Positions 38,446 through 52,330 are shown, counted from the whole stretch's first letter. The stretch is 63,818 bases of DNA, filler included, from Octopus bimaculoides (GCF_001194135.2; 7 parts of 6 records of this genome joined end to end with filler, not necessarily neighbours in it), one strand, 5' to 3'. Numbers and translations: made by a program. The notes: generated by a model from the letters alone, not told the origin.

Positions 38446-40893
38446 AAATCTGAAATCATTATTATTATCGTTATTGTTGTTGTTGTTATCTGTTGTTGCA
38501 GTTGATGGTGTCTTTGATGTTGTTTGCTGTAATCTAACTTGTTTAACTTCTTCCAGATAGAGATTACGGACGGGTAGAAGTTATGATATATTAAGCTATA
38601 TGTGATCACCTATGTTTTATCTGATAAGCCGTAACTTAGCGCAAGCACGTACACATATACACACACACACGCGCGCACATACAGACATATATACATATGC
38701 ACAAAGTTAGAGATAAAGTTGTCTGTACACCTAAATAGGTGAGTAAGAGAGGGATTAGACGAGAATATATTTCTATGTATGTCTACAGCTTAGCGGGTGC
38801 AGATGGGTGCGGCAAAAAAGATCGACAAAGATGACAACTTCATGATAAACACACAAACACATATACGTGTGTGTGTGTGTGTGTGTATGTGTGTGTGCGT
38901 GTGGGTGTATGCTTCTGCGTGTTTCTGCACGCGTGAGTATTTTTATATTGCACTCACACACAGACACACGCATATGTGTGTGTGTGTGCATGTATGTATG
39001 TTTGAATGTGTGTTTGTATGTATACGTAGAAGACCCGAAAAGATTAGTAAACGACAGACTTAAAAGATACAAGGATAAAAGCTTCTTAATCAAACACACA
39101 AATACACACACCCACAGGTACATATGCACATACATACGTGTGTATATATACATACATATATATATATGTATGTATGTATATATATATATACATGTATGTA
39201 TATATATATNNNNNNNNNNNNNNNNNNNNNNNNNNNNNNNNNNNNNNNNNNNNNNNNNNNNNNNNNNNNNNNNNNNNNNNNNNNNNNNNNNNNNNNNNNN
39301 NNNNNNNNNNNNNNNNNNNNNNNNNNNNNNNNNNNNNNNNNNNNNNNNNNNNNNNNNNNNNNNNNNNNNNNNNNNNNNNNNNNNNNNNNNNNNNNNNNNN
39401 NNNNNNNNNNNNNNNNNNNNNNNNNNNNNNNNNNNNNNNNNNNNNNNNNNNNNNNNNNNNNNNNNNNNNNNNNNNNNNNNNNNNNNNNNNNNNNNNNNNN
39501 NNNNNNNNNNNNNNNNNNNNNNNNNNNNNNNNNNNNNNNNNNNNNNNNNNNNNNNNNNNNNNNNNNNNNNNNNNNNNNNNNNNNNNNNNNNNNNNNNNNN
39601 NNNNNNNNNNNNNNNNNNNNNNNNNNNNNNNNNNNNNNNNNNNNNNNNNNNNNNNNNNNNNNNNNNNNNNNNNNNNNNNNNNNNNNNNNNNNNNNNNNNN
39701 NNNNNNNNNNNNNNNNNNNNNNNNNNNNNNNNNNNNNNNNNNNNNNNNNNNNNNNNNNNNNNNNNNNNNNNNNNNNNNNNNNNNNNNNNNNNNNNNNNNN
39801 NNNNNNNNNNNNNNNNTGTACTGCTCAAACCTTTGTTTACACGAGAAACTACATCGAGGAGAGGGAAAAAAGCTTAAGATTTTGTTTATAGTTTGCTAAT
39901 GAAATCATTTTCCGCAAAATTAAATAAAATCTATTAGAACTATTCAGAACTTGATCTTCACAGGAAGGCATTCATTTTGTTCTATTGTTCACTAGGACAA
40001 TATTTGTTCCACTTAGCTCACAGTGGGTTTATGTTCTTTTGGAATTTTCGTAGAACTTTCTATGGGTATTCTTTGCTTCTCAACATGTGAATTGATTGTG
40101 TATCAATGTTTCCCTTGGTTTTTCCCTACAGACAACATTGGACGATGTGTTTTTGTCACAATAATATTTTGTAAAGAGACACTTCATTGAATAGAATTAG
40201 CTTGCAGACATTTTGGAATAGCGGATAATAATGATTTGGATATTATATATTCTGTACAATAAAGCAGTCAATGTATATTTTTTTTTACTACATGGTAAAA
40301 GTAAATGGATCTCCGTCGGTTTTGACGAGGTGTATTCAATCGCTGAATGAAATGAACGATCGAATTAGTTTGTAAGTGACTGAGTATTCCACAGAAACAG
40401 ATACTTTTAATGAAATTGTTAGGCAGAGTTAGCATGACACATGGTGTGCTATGGTTAAATCTAATTTCACTGCGCATCTAATTTTACTCACAGGGCTTCG
40501 GATAATTATGGACCTCTAGACGGTGGGTTCAAATCCGGAACTTCCTAAGGAAAACTTAGCTAAGTCCACACTATGATACCTGGGTAGCATTTATATCACA
40601 TTTATGTTATTTTTTCTTAAACCCGGGCTCATTCTGATCCAGCAGATCTTTAATCAAACGTCTTCTAGTCATGTTCACTTTTCACCCAATGGATTTAGGA
40701 TATCCTTATCCGATAAGTCATTTAAGAAGGTAGGATGTTATTAGAGGTTGGCATGGTTACTATTTGTAATTACTTGTAGCCATGCAACCACGTTCACTCA
40801 CCTTTGTAGATTAATTATTCACGTTGGCTCATTATATTGTTTCCTAACCATATATTAGTTTTCTTTTTCTTCTTCTTATTATTAATACTATTA

Positions 40894-40966
<73 letters not shown>

Positions 40967-41102
40967 TGGGTCACAAAATGGCAGTTTTTAAGGTTTTTGA
41001 TATAATTAATATTTCATTCAAGAAAATCTATTTTCAAATTTTGTGTTATATGTGTGCTTGTGATTGTGTGCGTGCGTGTGTGTGTGGTTGTACGCGTAGC
41101 TT

Positions 41103-41184
<82 letters not shown>

Positions 41185-41978
41185 GTTGTACGTGTTGCTT
41201 CGCGCGCGTGTGTGTATGTTTGTGCGTGTGCGTGTGTGTTTTCAACAGTCCCTCGCACATGTTCCGTCTACCAACTCCACCTCGCAAGGCGTTGGTCAAC
41301 CCGAAGCTATAGCAGAAGACACTCGTCTAACGTCAAGCTGACGTGTTGAAGGGTCATCACCGGGACAATCTGGCTTCAGAGAGAACTTCTTAATACGTCA
41401 ACAATGTTTGACCCAATTTAGGTTAACTTTCCCTCCATCGCGATATCGAAGTACAACTAACCCAGGGCCATAATTTCATCTAACGCCATCATTGAATGTC
41501 ACAAAGTGAAATCTATTTATCTAAGCAGAGGAAGTGCTAAATCTTTGAAGACAGCACCGAAATGGTGTATTATATTTTAGAGTTATTCAATGCGATAGGA
41601 AGTGTAATTGATTCCAGCATCTAAATCAGATTTGTCTAAAATTCTTGTATCAGTACGTGCAGATGTCATATTTTGTAGGTTTTCAATATCCGGGTTAGGA
41701 ATCCGGTGTAGAATCGCTGTCAATCAATGTCCAGACATTGCAAGAACGAAATGTCAGATGTTCTATGATTTCGGTTTCGGATTCTCAATGAATCACGAAG
41801 AATAAAATAGATTTCTTTGAAGCTTTGATTTCTTGTTATTATTTGTATTTCCAGCATTCGTAACGATTTGGGAATCCGAAATATTTGTGCAGGATACAAA
41901 CGCACGCACACACACACACATCATATTACACACACATAAATCGATAAATGTATGTATATATATATATGTATGTATACA

Positions 41979-42026
<48 letters not shown>

Positions 42027-42308
42027 CACTTCTAAATCATTTATGTATGCATATATATCCTTCATCTTTTACTTGTTTCAGTCATTTGACTGAGGCCATG
42101 ATGGGGCATCGCCTTTCAAACGCTAGTATTTATTCTATCGGGCTAAAAGGCGATGCTCCAGCATGGCCGCAGTCAAATGACTGAAAAAAGTTTTGAAAAG
42201 TAATAGAGTATATAAAGCCAAGATTAACTTCAATGCATTGCAGTCTGACGATGACTTACTTAGGTACCGAAACTTCCAAGTCACCAAGTGACTATCAATA
42301 ATATTAAG

Positions 42309-42339
<31 letters not shown>

Positions 42340-42659
42340 GATATGCAGGGCAGGGAAATCATCAATTAGTAATAAAATTAATAATTAACAATTCTGCCGG
42401 GTAGCTCAGTATGAAAAAAACCTTTTTCGGTAAAAATTTATAATCATAAATGTATAGGGATTGACAGTAACCTGCTTCTCCAACATACTGAGAATTCAGA
42501 AATAGCAGTCAAAGAACTACTGATTTCAAAACTACAAATTNNNNNNNNNNNNNNNNNNNNNNNNNNNNNNNNNNNNNNNNNNNNTTAATTAATTAANNNN
42601 NNNNNNNNNNNNNNNNNNNNNNNNNNNNNNNNNNNNNNNNTATATATATATATATATAT

Positions 42660-43220
42660 GGAATTAAACTCCCAAGGCCATTCATGGTGACATTAGATAA
42701 CGCACCAGCTTTATCAAATGCAAAATTGGGCAGCTGAATTTAGGAGAGGAACAGGCAGTCTTGAAGATGACTCAAAAGTCTAGACGTCCTGAAACTGCCA
42801 CCTCCGAAGAAAACGTTCATCGTGCTCACTACATGGTGATAAATGAAAGGTGATTGACTTTAAATCAAATAGCCAATGCTTTTACTATAATCTGTGAGAG
42901 TTAAGAATATTCAGAATAATGAACTTGGCACAACGAAAGTTTCTGATACCAAATCAGAAGCGCAGTAGGGTGATCACATCATAAGAAAATCTGACATTGT
43001 TTGAGGCAGTTCTAGCTAGTTTCCTTGAACGTTTCTGAAGCCAAGATGCGTATTGTTTTCATTCCTTTGAGCCATAGGCATAGTGACAATCCATGCAGTG
43101 GAAACACCCCACTCCTCACCTGTTTCAAAGCAGGGAAGGTGATGATCTCAAATTTTGGGATTGTAAAACGTATTGTGCTTGTTGACTATAAATAAAAAGG
43201 CCACACCGTCAATGGTTTTC
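42660..43220 (+). mobile_element. Mariner transposase pseudogene fragment
   Basis: WAAEFRRGTGSLEDD (cf. WAAEFKRGRESLEDDPRSGRP), EENVHRAHYMVINE, LTLNQIANA, and later GKVMISNFGIVK..VLVDY (cf. GKVMASVFWD..GI..IDY), with many frameshifts. Confidence 0.75.
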
Positions 43221-43670
43221 CGTTAACTGGGTTTCTAAGTTTCGCTTATCGTTTTATTTTCATTTTAATTAGTGACAATATTCACCGTTACGGAGGGAAA
43301 AGAAATACATTGCGATTAAGCCGATAAGTAAATCTTGAAATCGCAGCCAACTCGAAATTTCTTTATCAAGCGAACACAACTGAGTTGCTTCTTACAATGC
43401 TGCGCTAGGAATTTCTGTACATTTGGTAAATGCTTACTTTCATGTAGTGTGTCTGCCCAAAACAACAATATCGCTAATATTCTTTATTAAGGCATAGAGG
43501 TTTCAAAAATTGTCTCGTATGTATGTATGTATGTACATACATACAGTTACTTCGATGTTTTAGCTTAGTAGCCACCAACTGCTTGATGAATGCTACTAAG
43601 CTACAATTTCTAGTTCACTGACAATTTCTCATAGTAAAAATTACACGCGCACACGAACACACATACATTC

Positions 43671-43734
43671 ACACTCCTCTACATTCACACTCCTCTACAT
43701 TCACACTCCTCTACATTCACACTCCTCTACATTC
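43671..43734. repeat. 16-bp minisatellite x4 (acactcctctacattc)
   Basis: Four perfect copies read directly. Confidence 0.95.
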
Positions 43735-44145
43735 ACACGCCTCAACACAATATCTCAATCACTGACAATTATAAGTGCTTCAATAAATACACGAACTAAT
43801 ACAATGAAAGTTGACGAAAATAAAATTCTCGCAATAATATTTTTTGTTTGTTGAATGAAACCGCAGAATAAAATAAATCAAAAACAAACTCAAAACAAAA
43901 CAAAACAATATCAAATCTCATAACAAAACTTGTTTATCAGCGCTGCAGCCAATATCTGTTACTATTTGTATAGAAATGGTCTATTTCTTCACTGTTAATT
44001 AGTTAATTACTGCTATTTATATAAGTAAGTAACAACAAGCAATATAGACTATTTCCAATCAAATCTTATGGAAATAGGTATTCATATATGGCAGAGTAAA
44101 GTTGAAGCAAGTAGAGTCTCAACTGTTACACAGTTATCAATTATA

Positions 44146-44531
44146 TGTTGTTGTTGGCAATCCGTCGCTTACGACGTCGAGGGTTCCAGTTGATCCAATC
44201 AACGGAACAGCCTGCTCGTGAAATTAACGTGCAAGTGGCTGAGCACTTCACAGACACGTGTACTCTGAACGTAGTTCTCGGGGCTATTCAGCGTGACAGA
44301 GTTTGACAAGGCTGACCCTTTGAATTACAGGCACAACAGAAACAGGAAGTAAGAGTGAGAGAAAGTTGTGATGAAAGAGTACAGCAGGGTTCGCCACCAT
44401 CCCCTGCCGGATCTTCGTGGAGCTTTAGGTGTTTTCGCTCAATAAACACTCACAATGCCCGGTCTGGGAATCGAAACCGCAATCCTACGAACGCGAGTCC
44501 GCTTCCCTAACCACTGGGCCATTGCGCCTCC
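44146..44531 (-). mobile_element. tRNA-headed SINE, family C (full length)
   Basis: Highly similar to 8595-8974; the (TTG)n on the + strand is a (CAA)n tail. Confidence 0.88.
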
Positions 44532-45273
44532 ACATCAATTATATTTATAAATATATTAAAGAATAAGATTTATTTACATATCCCACGTTCAAATGGTCGA
44601 TTAATATGACACTGAACAAAGGCAGCGAGCTGGTAGAACCGTTAACTCGATGGACAAACTGTTTAGCGGCCTTTTCTCCAGCGTCCCATTATAAGTTCAA
44701 ATTTTACGGAGGTCGACTTTGTTTTTCATCCTCTCGCAGTCGATAAAATAAGTACCAGTTGAAGACTGAGGTCGATGTAATCAACTTACTCCCACCTTAA
44801 ATCACTGGCTTTGTGCTAAAATCTGAAACCAATATGGCGCCAGTCGCTTTTGCTAGACTGGTTTGATTGTTGGATAAAATACCTTGTGATTATTTAGTTA
44901 CGGCTTTTTACTTTTGAGTTCAAATACCGCCGAGCTGAAATTTACATTTCGTTTCCCTGGAGTAGATAAAATAAAGAACCAATTAAGAATTAGATTCGAT
45001 GGTATCGACTAACCCTCTACACAAAAATTTAAAACCTTATGTTTATACTAGAAATAATCACCAGGAATCGCGAGAGCGTCGGAAAAAAATGACTTGCAGC
45101 ATTTGTGCTGTCACTTCACGTTTTGAATTCAAATCCTGTCGAAGCCTATTTTGCATTTTATCTCTCCGATCAAGATCGTTAAAATAAAATTAAAGTACTC
45201 TTAAAGTTCTGGGGTCAATGTAATCGATTAGTCAACTTCTAAAATTTCTGGACTAGTGCCAAAATTTGAAACC

Positions 45274-45330
<57 letters not shown>

Positions 45331-45394
45331 ATAATTATTATTATTATAATTATTATTATTATTATAATTATAATTATTATTATTATTATTATTA

Positions 45395-46552
45395 TTCAGT
45401 AGTTTTATTTTTATAACGTGTTTTNNNNNNNNNNNNNNNNNNNNNNNNNNNNNNNNNNNNNNNNNNNNNNNNNNNNNNNNNNNNNNNNNNNNNNNNNNNN
45501 NNNNNNNNNNNNNNNNNNNNNNNNNNNNNNNNNNNNNNNNNNNNNNNNNNNNNNNNNNNNNNNNNNNNNNNNNNNNNNNNNNNNNNNNNNNNNNNNNNNN
45601 NNNNNNNNNNNNNNNNNNNNNNNNNNNNNNNNNNNNNNNNNNNNNNNNNNNNNNNNNNNNNNNNNNNNNNNNNNNNNNNNNNNNNNNNNNNNNNNNNNNN
45701 NNNNNNNNNNNNNNNNNNNNNNNNNNNNNNNNNNNNNNNNNNNNNNNNNNNNNNNNNNNNNNNNNNNNNNNNNNNNNNNNNNNNNNNNNNNNNNNNNNNN
45801 NNNNNNNNNNNNNNNNNNNNNNNNNNNNNNNNNNNNNNNNNNNNNNNNNNNNNNNNNNNNNNNNNNNNNNNNNNNNNNNNNNNNNNNNNNNNNNNNNNNN
45901 NNNNNNNNNNNNNNNNNNNNNNNNNNNNNNNNNNNNNNNNNNNNNNNNNNNNNNNNNNNNNNNNNNNNNNNNNNNNNNNNNNNNNNNNNNNNNNNNNNNN
46001 NNNNNNNNNNNNNNNNNNNNNNNNNNNNNNNNNNNNNNNNNNNNNNNNNNNNNNNNNNNNNNNNNNNNNNNNNNNNNNNNNNNNNNNNNNNNNNNNNNNN
46101 NNNNNNNNNNNNNNNNNNNNNNNNNNNNNNNNNNNNNNNNNNNNNNNNNNNNNNNNNNNNNNNNNNNNNNNNNNNNNNNNNNNNNNNNNNNNNNNNNNNN
46201 NNNNNNNNNNNNNNNNNNNNNNNNNNNNNNNNNNNNNNNNNNNNNNNNCTATTTGCCTTAATTTCTCTATCTGTGTGTATTGGCATATCCCAGAGTATGG
46301 TTGCTTTCTCGTTTTCTGTGACCTTTTCTGGCGTGTGTTTATACCATCTTTTTTCTGTTGCTATTCCATAATGTTGGCATAGCTTCCAGTGTATATAGGT
46401 CCCAGCTCTGTCGTGTCTGTGAATATATTCCTTCTTAGCCAGGACTGGGCAGCCAGAGATAATATGATTTATTGTTTCTTGTCGATCTCCACATATTCTA
46501 CAGTTACTTGTTATATTTCTTTTCATTATGTGTTTTTGGTAATTTCTGGTGT
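45395..46552 (-). mobile_element. 5'-truncated Dong/R4 LINE (CCHC plus restriction-like endonuclease region) inside (TAA)n; centre in gap
   Basis: RNYQKHIMKRNITSNCRICGDRQETINHIISGCPVLAKKEYIHRHDRAGTYIHWKLCQHYGI...ILWDMPIHTDREIKAN(R) gives CX2CX7HX4C, RHD and the lead-in to the RLE PD motif. Stop at 45411-45413 then a short 3' UTR. (TTA)n lies on both sides (45277-45396, 46553-46592). Confidence 0.93.
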
Positions 46553-46554
46553 TA

Positions 46555-46592
<38 letters not shown>

Positions 46593-46751
46593 TAGACGGC
46601 GAGCTTGCAGAACCGTTAGGACACCAGGTGGCATTACAAATTTTGCTGAACTGTTCACTACATAAGCCAGCTTGCTGCAAGTAAAGTGAGCTATTCTGGA
46701 AAAAATTCGTCCTTTAAGAGCGAATTTTGAGATTTAAAATTGAAAATTTAC

Positions 46752-48612
46752 TCCGCGACACCATTGAAGCCTATTTTGGTGTTTTACTCAGTCAGTTTCT
46801 ACTGCTAGTTTAAAATCATTATATAGTTGAATAGAACTCGTTAAGATCCTTTTTTGCACCATTAAGTTTTTTCCCCTTTAAACCAAAAGTTATGAAAGAA
46901 ATGAAGAAAAGGATCAAATTGAAGATCGTGTTATGGAACCGAGGAGAAACAAAACACAGGGAAATGTTGTTTCTTACACTCCCAAAAAGAAGCGTAGGGT
47001 TATGGATAATCAGTTGCTCGAATCCGTGGAGAGTTTCGTGAAGAAAAATCGAACTGGGAGCCTTACCAAGGAGAAGGAGCCAAATTTCGTCATGAACGTT
47101 TCGTGTTGCACAATAATAAGAGACCTGGGCGAATGATGAAGAATGCGGATGCCACGAAGCGTGCTGCGAATGTCCTTGGTCAAAGTAATAAACTCTACAG
47201 CGAAATCTGGACCAAATTTATTGAGACTAGAGAAATTTCAGAGCAGAAGATGACTGGAAATCGAAACCCAAAGGCTTCGGTAGTTCCTCATCATTATCTT
47301 GTGACTTCCGTGACCCAGAATTTTGTGAGAGATCGTCGGGCGACTTACACTAGGACTGCTGTATCGAAAATGGTTTCATTGTTATTGATCGTGATCAACC
47401 AAAGCAAGATCAAGCAGTTCTGCGATATGTTCAAAGATTCCTTAAGCGAAAAGGATACCGTCGCAGAAAGAAGAAAGGAATGATGTGTTACAAGTTCCTA
47501 GCCGAGAACATTAATAAGCGGGATCTCTATGCAGTCAGATTAGTTTCTTTCAACTCATCGAAGAATCGAAGAATTGTGTACATGTATGAAAGCTATATTC
47601 ACAAGAATTATGCTCGACATGATGACAGTTTGTATGATCCGAACGATAAGCAGGGCCGAGTGAAAAGGCAACAAAGGAAAACGATACTGTTTCATCGCAG
47701 CCATTATTGACAATACCGTTCCAGAAGAAGCTCGAAATAAAAATCAAGTGACTCGTTTGATGGAGGACACTCTGCATGTCTTTGTGGGAGAAAAACAAAC
47801 GAAAGACTATCATGGGATGTCCGACCACAAATATTTTGCTGAGTGGATGGAGAAGCTCTTCAAAGTTCTTGATGACCGAAGTATTAATAACGCTGTTATT
47901 GTGATAGACAATGTGAAATATCACTTTAGTCTCACTGAATCATCACAAAAAGGATGGTGGTAGAAGGCTCAAGTGCGGGGGGAATGTCAAGAATGAGAGA
48001 TGCCATTCGATGCTGGAGACCTGAAGTGTGTACTATAGGAAAAGCTGAGGGAATACAACACACTACACGTCTTTCCAGTCATTTGTTCCATGGCACGAGA
48101 AAGAGGTCATGAGGTCATCTTTTCTCCATCGCATCATTCCGATTTGTAGCCAATTGAGCTCGTACAAACCATTGTCAAGCGAGAAGTGGAAAGACAGTAA
48201 ACCACAAACTACACCTTCGAGCAAGTGCTAGTGCGACTGTATGCATCATTTCAGAATCTGGAGAGCAAAACAGTCCAAGGTTGCATTACAAAGCTAATTC
48301 TCATCTGAACAAGCTTTACGAGCATATTAAAGCCATTGAAAACGATGAAGAGTCCAAAGATGAAGTTAGTGAGGGTGAAAGTGATAATTCAGGCAACAAT
48401 GACGAAGATAACTTCTATAAATGATAAAGTACACCACTAATATCCCTGGTTTCTTTTATTTTCTCTCAAAATAAAAAAAAACAAACGTTCATAACATTTG
48501 AACCAGTATTGCAAAACTACCAAACTGTAGTTTATTCTACTCGTCAAAGCTATATTTATCTCCCAATAACATCAAAGCAGTGTTACAAAAACGACCTCAA
48601 TGGTGTCACGGA
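46752..48612 (+). mobile_element. IS630-Tc1-mariner transposon with DD82E spacing (Sailor-like), pseudogenised
   Basis: Motifs VYM(Y)ESYIHKNY (first D mutated, 47585), DYHGMSDHKYF, IVIDNVKYH (D at 47907) and GHEVIFSPSHHSDL*PIEL (E at 48156). D and E are in the same frame with 82 intervening codons. There is a 27-bp inverted match (22/27) at 46752-46778 and 48586-48612. Confidence 0.85.
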
Positions 48613-49142
48613 TTGTTAATAATTTTTAAATAACAAATATCAATATGGTTCCAAATAGAGGCAAGTGATGGTTGCCTGAACATCCGTTGGCAATGTTTTC
48701 CCACCATCAGTAGATGCAGTCGAGAAACGAAGCACAGACTGCAGCAGCAGTAACAACAACAGTAACAACAATAGCAGCAGCAGCAGCAGCAGCAGCGGCA
48801 ACAACAGCAACGACAACGGAAGCAGCAGGTGCAGCAGCGACAGCAGCGACGAGCTGGATATATTTGAAAAAAGAGCGTCAAGGAAGAGAATTTATAAGGC
48901 TGACTCTTGGGGAAAAAATTTGAGCAAATTAATGAATGCAAGTTTTTGTCACGAGCAATAAAATAACCTATGAGCCATAAGAATACACAAAACTGGTGCT
49001 TATTTCCAGATTCAGTAGAACCAAAATAATCAACACATCTCTCATAATAGGATACTGGTCTGTCACAGATATCACAACCTGTATCTATCGGCGCAAGTCA
49101 ATGAAGCAGCTGTTATATCGAATCTTAACTTAAATACAAGCC

Positions 49143-49281
49143 CACTTATAGGATTTCATTCTATTGATCCGCTTAGCAGATCTACTTATGTGGATCCCAT
49201 ATATAGGATCTCATTTTATCGATCCCATTTACAGGATCTCATTTTATCAGCTTCATTTATAGAATCCACTTCTATTGACCC
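49143..49281. repeat. Degenerate 28-bp minisatellite x5 (catatataggatctcattttatcgatcc-like)
   Basis: Five diverged units read directly. Confidence 0.8.
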
Positions 49282-50559
49282 CAAATGGATTAAAAGCAAG
49301 ATGTCACCCTAGAAAAGAATGGACATAACTGAATGTTAGATCCCATCATTAATATGACATTTCACATTTTGGAGAAGAACAATCGATTAAATTAACACAC
49401 AAATATTTGGGTTTGTTTTTCTTTATTGGAACCAAAATAATCGCAGAAGATAACAGGATGCAATTTGATAACACAATGTACTTTGCTAATTACTTCTGAT
49501 TTTGCCATTTCTCCACCTTTAATTCAAGTCTGTTGTAGCAAGCAGGATGATTTGTCTGGAAGTATCCTTGGTCAGGTCCACTAACACTAAATGATTTGCT
49601 GAAAATAAATCTCTCCCTGGCTGTAGCTGACTCATAACCCCATCAAAGACATACACGCACACGACGCTTTCATAAACACTTAAAACACGAACGCTTTTTC
49701 AGGCAATGCGCTTGATCGATGGTTTTCTTTCTACACACGTCACATCAAGCTTCTGAATCGCTTAGAATTGCATATAATATATGCTATAATATTATCTTGG
49801 TAACATCCGGATTCTTAGGGAGACAAAAAAACAAACAAAACAAACCGACACAAAATAGGTGCCATTAGAATATTTACGCATTTATGTGTTGCCCAATAAC
49901 AAATAAAAAATGTGAGTCAGATTTACATATGTGTGTGTGCATGTATGTATGTATGTATGTATATATGTATGTATGCATGTATGTATGTATGTGTGTAGCT
50001 ATGGCGGAACTATGTACACACACGCACACATGTTAATTCCGGGTTTGTGTTAGAATTCAATATAAAACTGCATTCTGCATGATTTTATTATTTTTTCCCT
50101 AGTTGCAGTCATTGGACTGAAGAGTAATACGACATATGGATACCGGGGAAAAAGAGTACTAACAAAAGACCGAATGATATCAGAGCACCAGTCATACGAT
50201 GATTTATATTTTTATAGTTTCCGGTATTTCGCTACGTAGATACTTATTCTGAACGATTATCAGTAGTTTCTCATTAATTTTAATAACTGCTAATACACGC
50301 ACAAGGCCTGAAATTATGGTAACAGGTTCGACCCTTTAATTATGAATGGTAAATTTGACCTTGGTGTATTTGAATTCAGAACTCAATAAGGCGGAAGTCA
50401 TTTTATCTGACGTTCTAATAATTCTGATTCTGGTAGTCTACCATCCTTGCTAATTTTAATGAATTACGGACAATCGAAATTTTGACATTTTGTATGAATA
50501 AAATTTACTTACCATGAAGAGAAACTGCCTAAATTGGTGCATGGCTTGATCGTTGCTTT

Positions 50560-52070
50560 CATAAAGTTTTTAAAATGGCATAGAGTTTTGGTTGAGCATA
50601 AGAAAAATATGAAGCAGTCGCGTACACATGAGTAGTGTAGAGGAAATCGCAAACGTACCTAGTCTACTTGAATCGGAGATAAACAATATTCATCAACAAT
50701 TCAGCAAAGTATAGCAATAAATTGAGAAATCCCAAGACGTTTGATACAATAACAGGATATTCTATCACAAGAAACTGTAATTAAGTTCCTTAAATAGGCA
50801 TTTGCATTTACTCAGGGATTAGGAAAAAGAATGATGAACTGATACTGAATCCTCAAAATCTGACTGAAATTAACATTTCTGGATCGTTGAGACGCCGTTC
50901 TGATGTTGAGTCGACGTTCTGATGTTGAGTCGCCGTTCTGATGTTGAGTCGCCGTTCTGATGTTGAGTCTCCGTTCTGATGTTGAATCGCCGTTCTAATG
51001 TTGAGTCTCCGTTCTGATGGTGAGTCTCCGTTCTAATGTTGAGTCGCCGTTCCGATGTTGAGTCGCCGTTTTTGTTACAGAAGAAAATCTCGAAATTTTA
51101 GTAAATTATGAAAGCTGTTTATTGATGCGACATTTAAAATTGCACCATTATTTCTTTGAATTAACAAATCATGATAAATGGAGAGACACTGCATAACTAT
51201 TGCTTCTACAGAAAACAGATGCACATATAGAAGAGCACTTGAGAGTAAAGTAATCTGTCATATGTAACTTAGAAGCTTTCATAACAAATTACACTATGTC
51301 GTCGCTCAATCAGCTACCATTGCTTTGTACATATATCATTTCAGTTAGAGCATTTGGGGAAAAATTCAGCAAACCAGACATGTGGAATCTTGCCATAATG
51401 ACGTTCAAATACACTTCAAGAGTACGATGCTGTTTGTCTGAGTTTTTGTTATCCCCTCATTCAACGGTTTCAAATTTTGGTACAAAATTTCATGAGATGG
51501 GATAAGTCGATTTCGATACTCAACTGGTGCTTATTTCATGGACCTCGGAAGGATTAAAGAGCAAGTTGACACTGGGAGAATTTCAGCTTAGAGCGTAGAG
51601 TTTGAAGAAATGCCGTTAAGCTTTTTGTCCGTTGCCCTAATCCCTCATTCAACATTGCTGATGCTTTCGAAGACATTCTTCATAACATTGCTGATATAAT
51701 GACAGAGCTATTTGACTACTTTGAAAACATGAATTAGTCGACGGGTAATTTGTATATAGTGAAGCAATTCACTATAATCCTGGATTCTGTAGTCAGGTTA
51801 TGATAGAGTTCTTGAAGGTTTATCATGCACAAATAATGCAATTTCAGAATGACGTAATACATTTCAGAGTCCCGTTGGTTATAGTACCTAGCAGTACAAA
51901 AAACTCGATGAAATCTCTCTCTTTCAGCGGTCATCTATAGAGAACCTTATCACACTCATTCGTTTTACTCAATGAATAAGAAAGAAAATCTTAAATATGA
52001 AAGCAGTGAAGTAGTATTTCTCACTCTGATCAGACGATATAAGGTATAGGGGTACCTAGATTTCATTCGA
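50560..52070 (+). mobile_element. Decayed MULE (Mutator-like) transposase, interrupted by a minisatellite and a SINE B remnant (about 51450-51640)
   Basis: FVTEENLEILVNY/LFIDATFKIAPLF (cf. DGTFK.AP), LYIYHFS*SIWGKIQ (cf. CxFHFSQ.IWRKIQ), ELFDYFEN, and YDRVLEGLSCTNNAI (cf. RTNNAVEGWH), in the expected order. Confidence 0.75.
50893..51070. repeat. 19-bp minisatellite x9.4 (cgccgttctgatgttgagt)
   Basis: Nine full units plus cgccgtt; variants differ by 1-2 substitutions. Confidence 0.95.
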
Positions 52071-52330
52071 GACATATCTTTAAAAAATACAACTGAATGT
52101 CAGATGTATCTTATGGTCTTTTGACATCTAATACGCTTTTCTATATATGTTTTGTTCACTGAATATCTTTTTTGTACATTTATATATATATATATATATA
52201 TATTTGTTCATAGAAAAACATGTATTCGTTGCCAATATAGCAAGAGATTTCACCGCAAAAAAGTCTAAAGTAGACTCCTTAAGGATCGTTCTCCTTGGTT
52301 ATATATCCAAAGTTTTAAATTTAAAACTTT

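Noticed and set aside
48714-48923. Ala/Thr-rich 69-aa ORF
   Set aside because: It is a GCA/ACA trinucleotide tract with no splice or homology support.
50893-51070. Regular repeat arrays (19, 16, 28 and 69 bp) as possible CRISPR arrays
   Set aside because: The units are contiguous with no unique spacers, there are no cas genes, and the context is eukaryotic.
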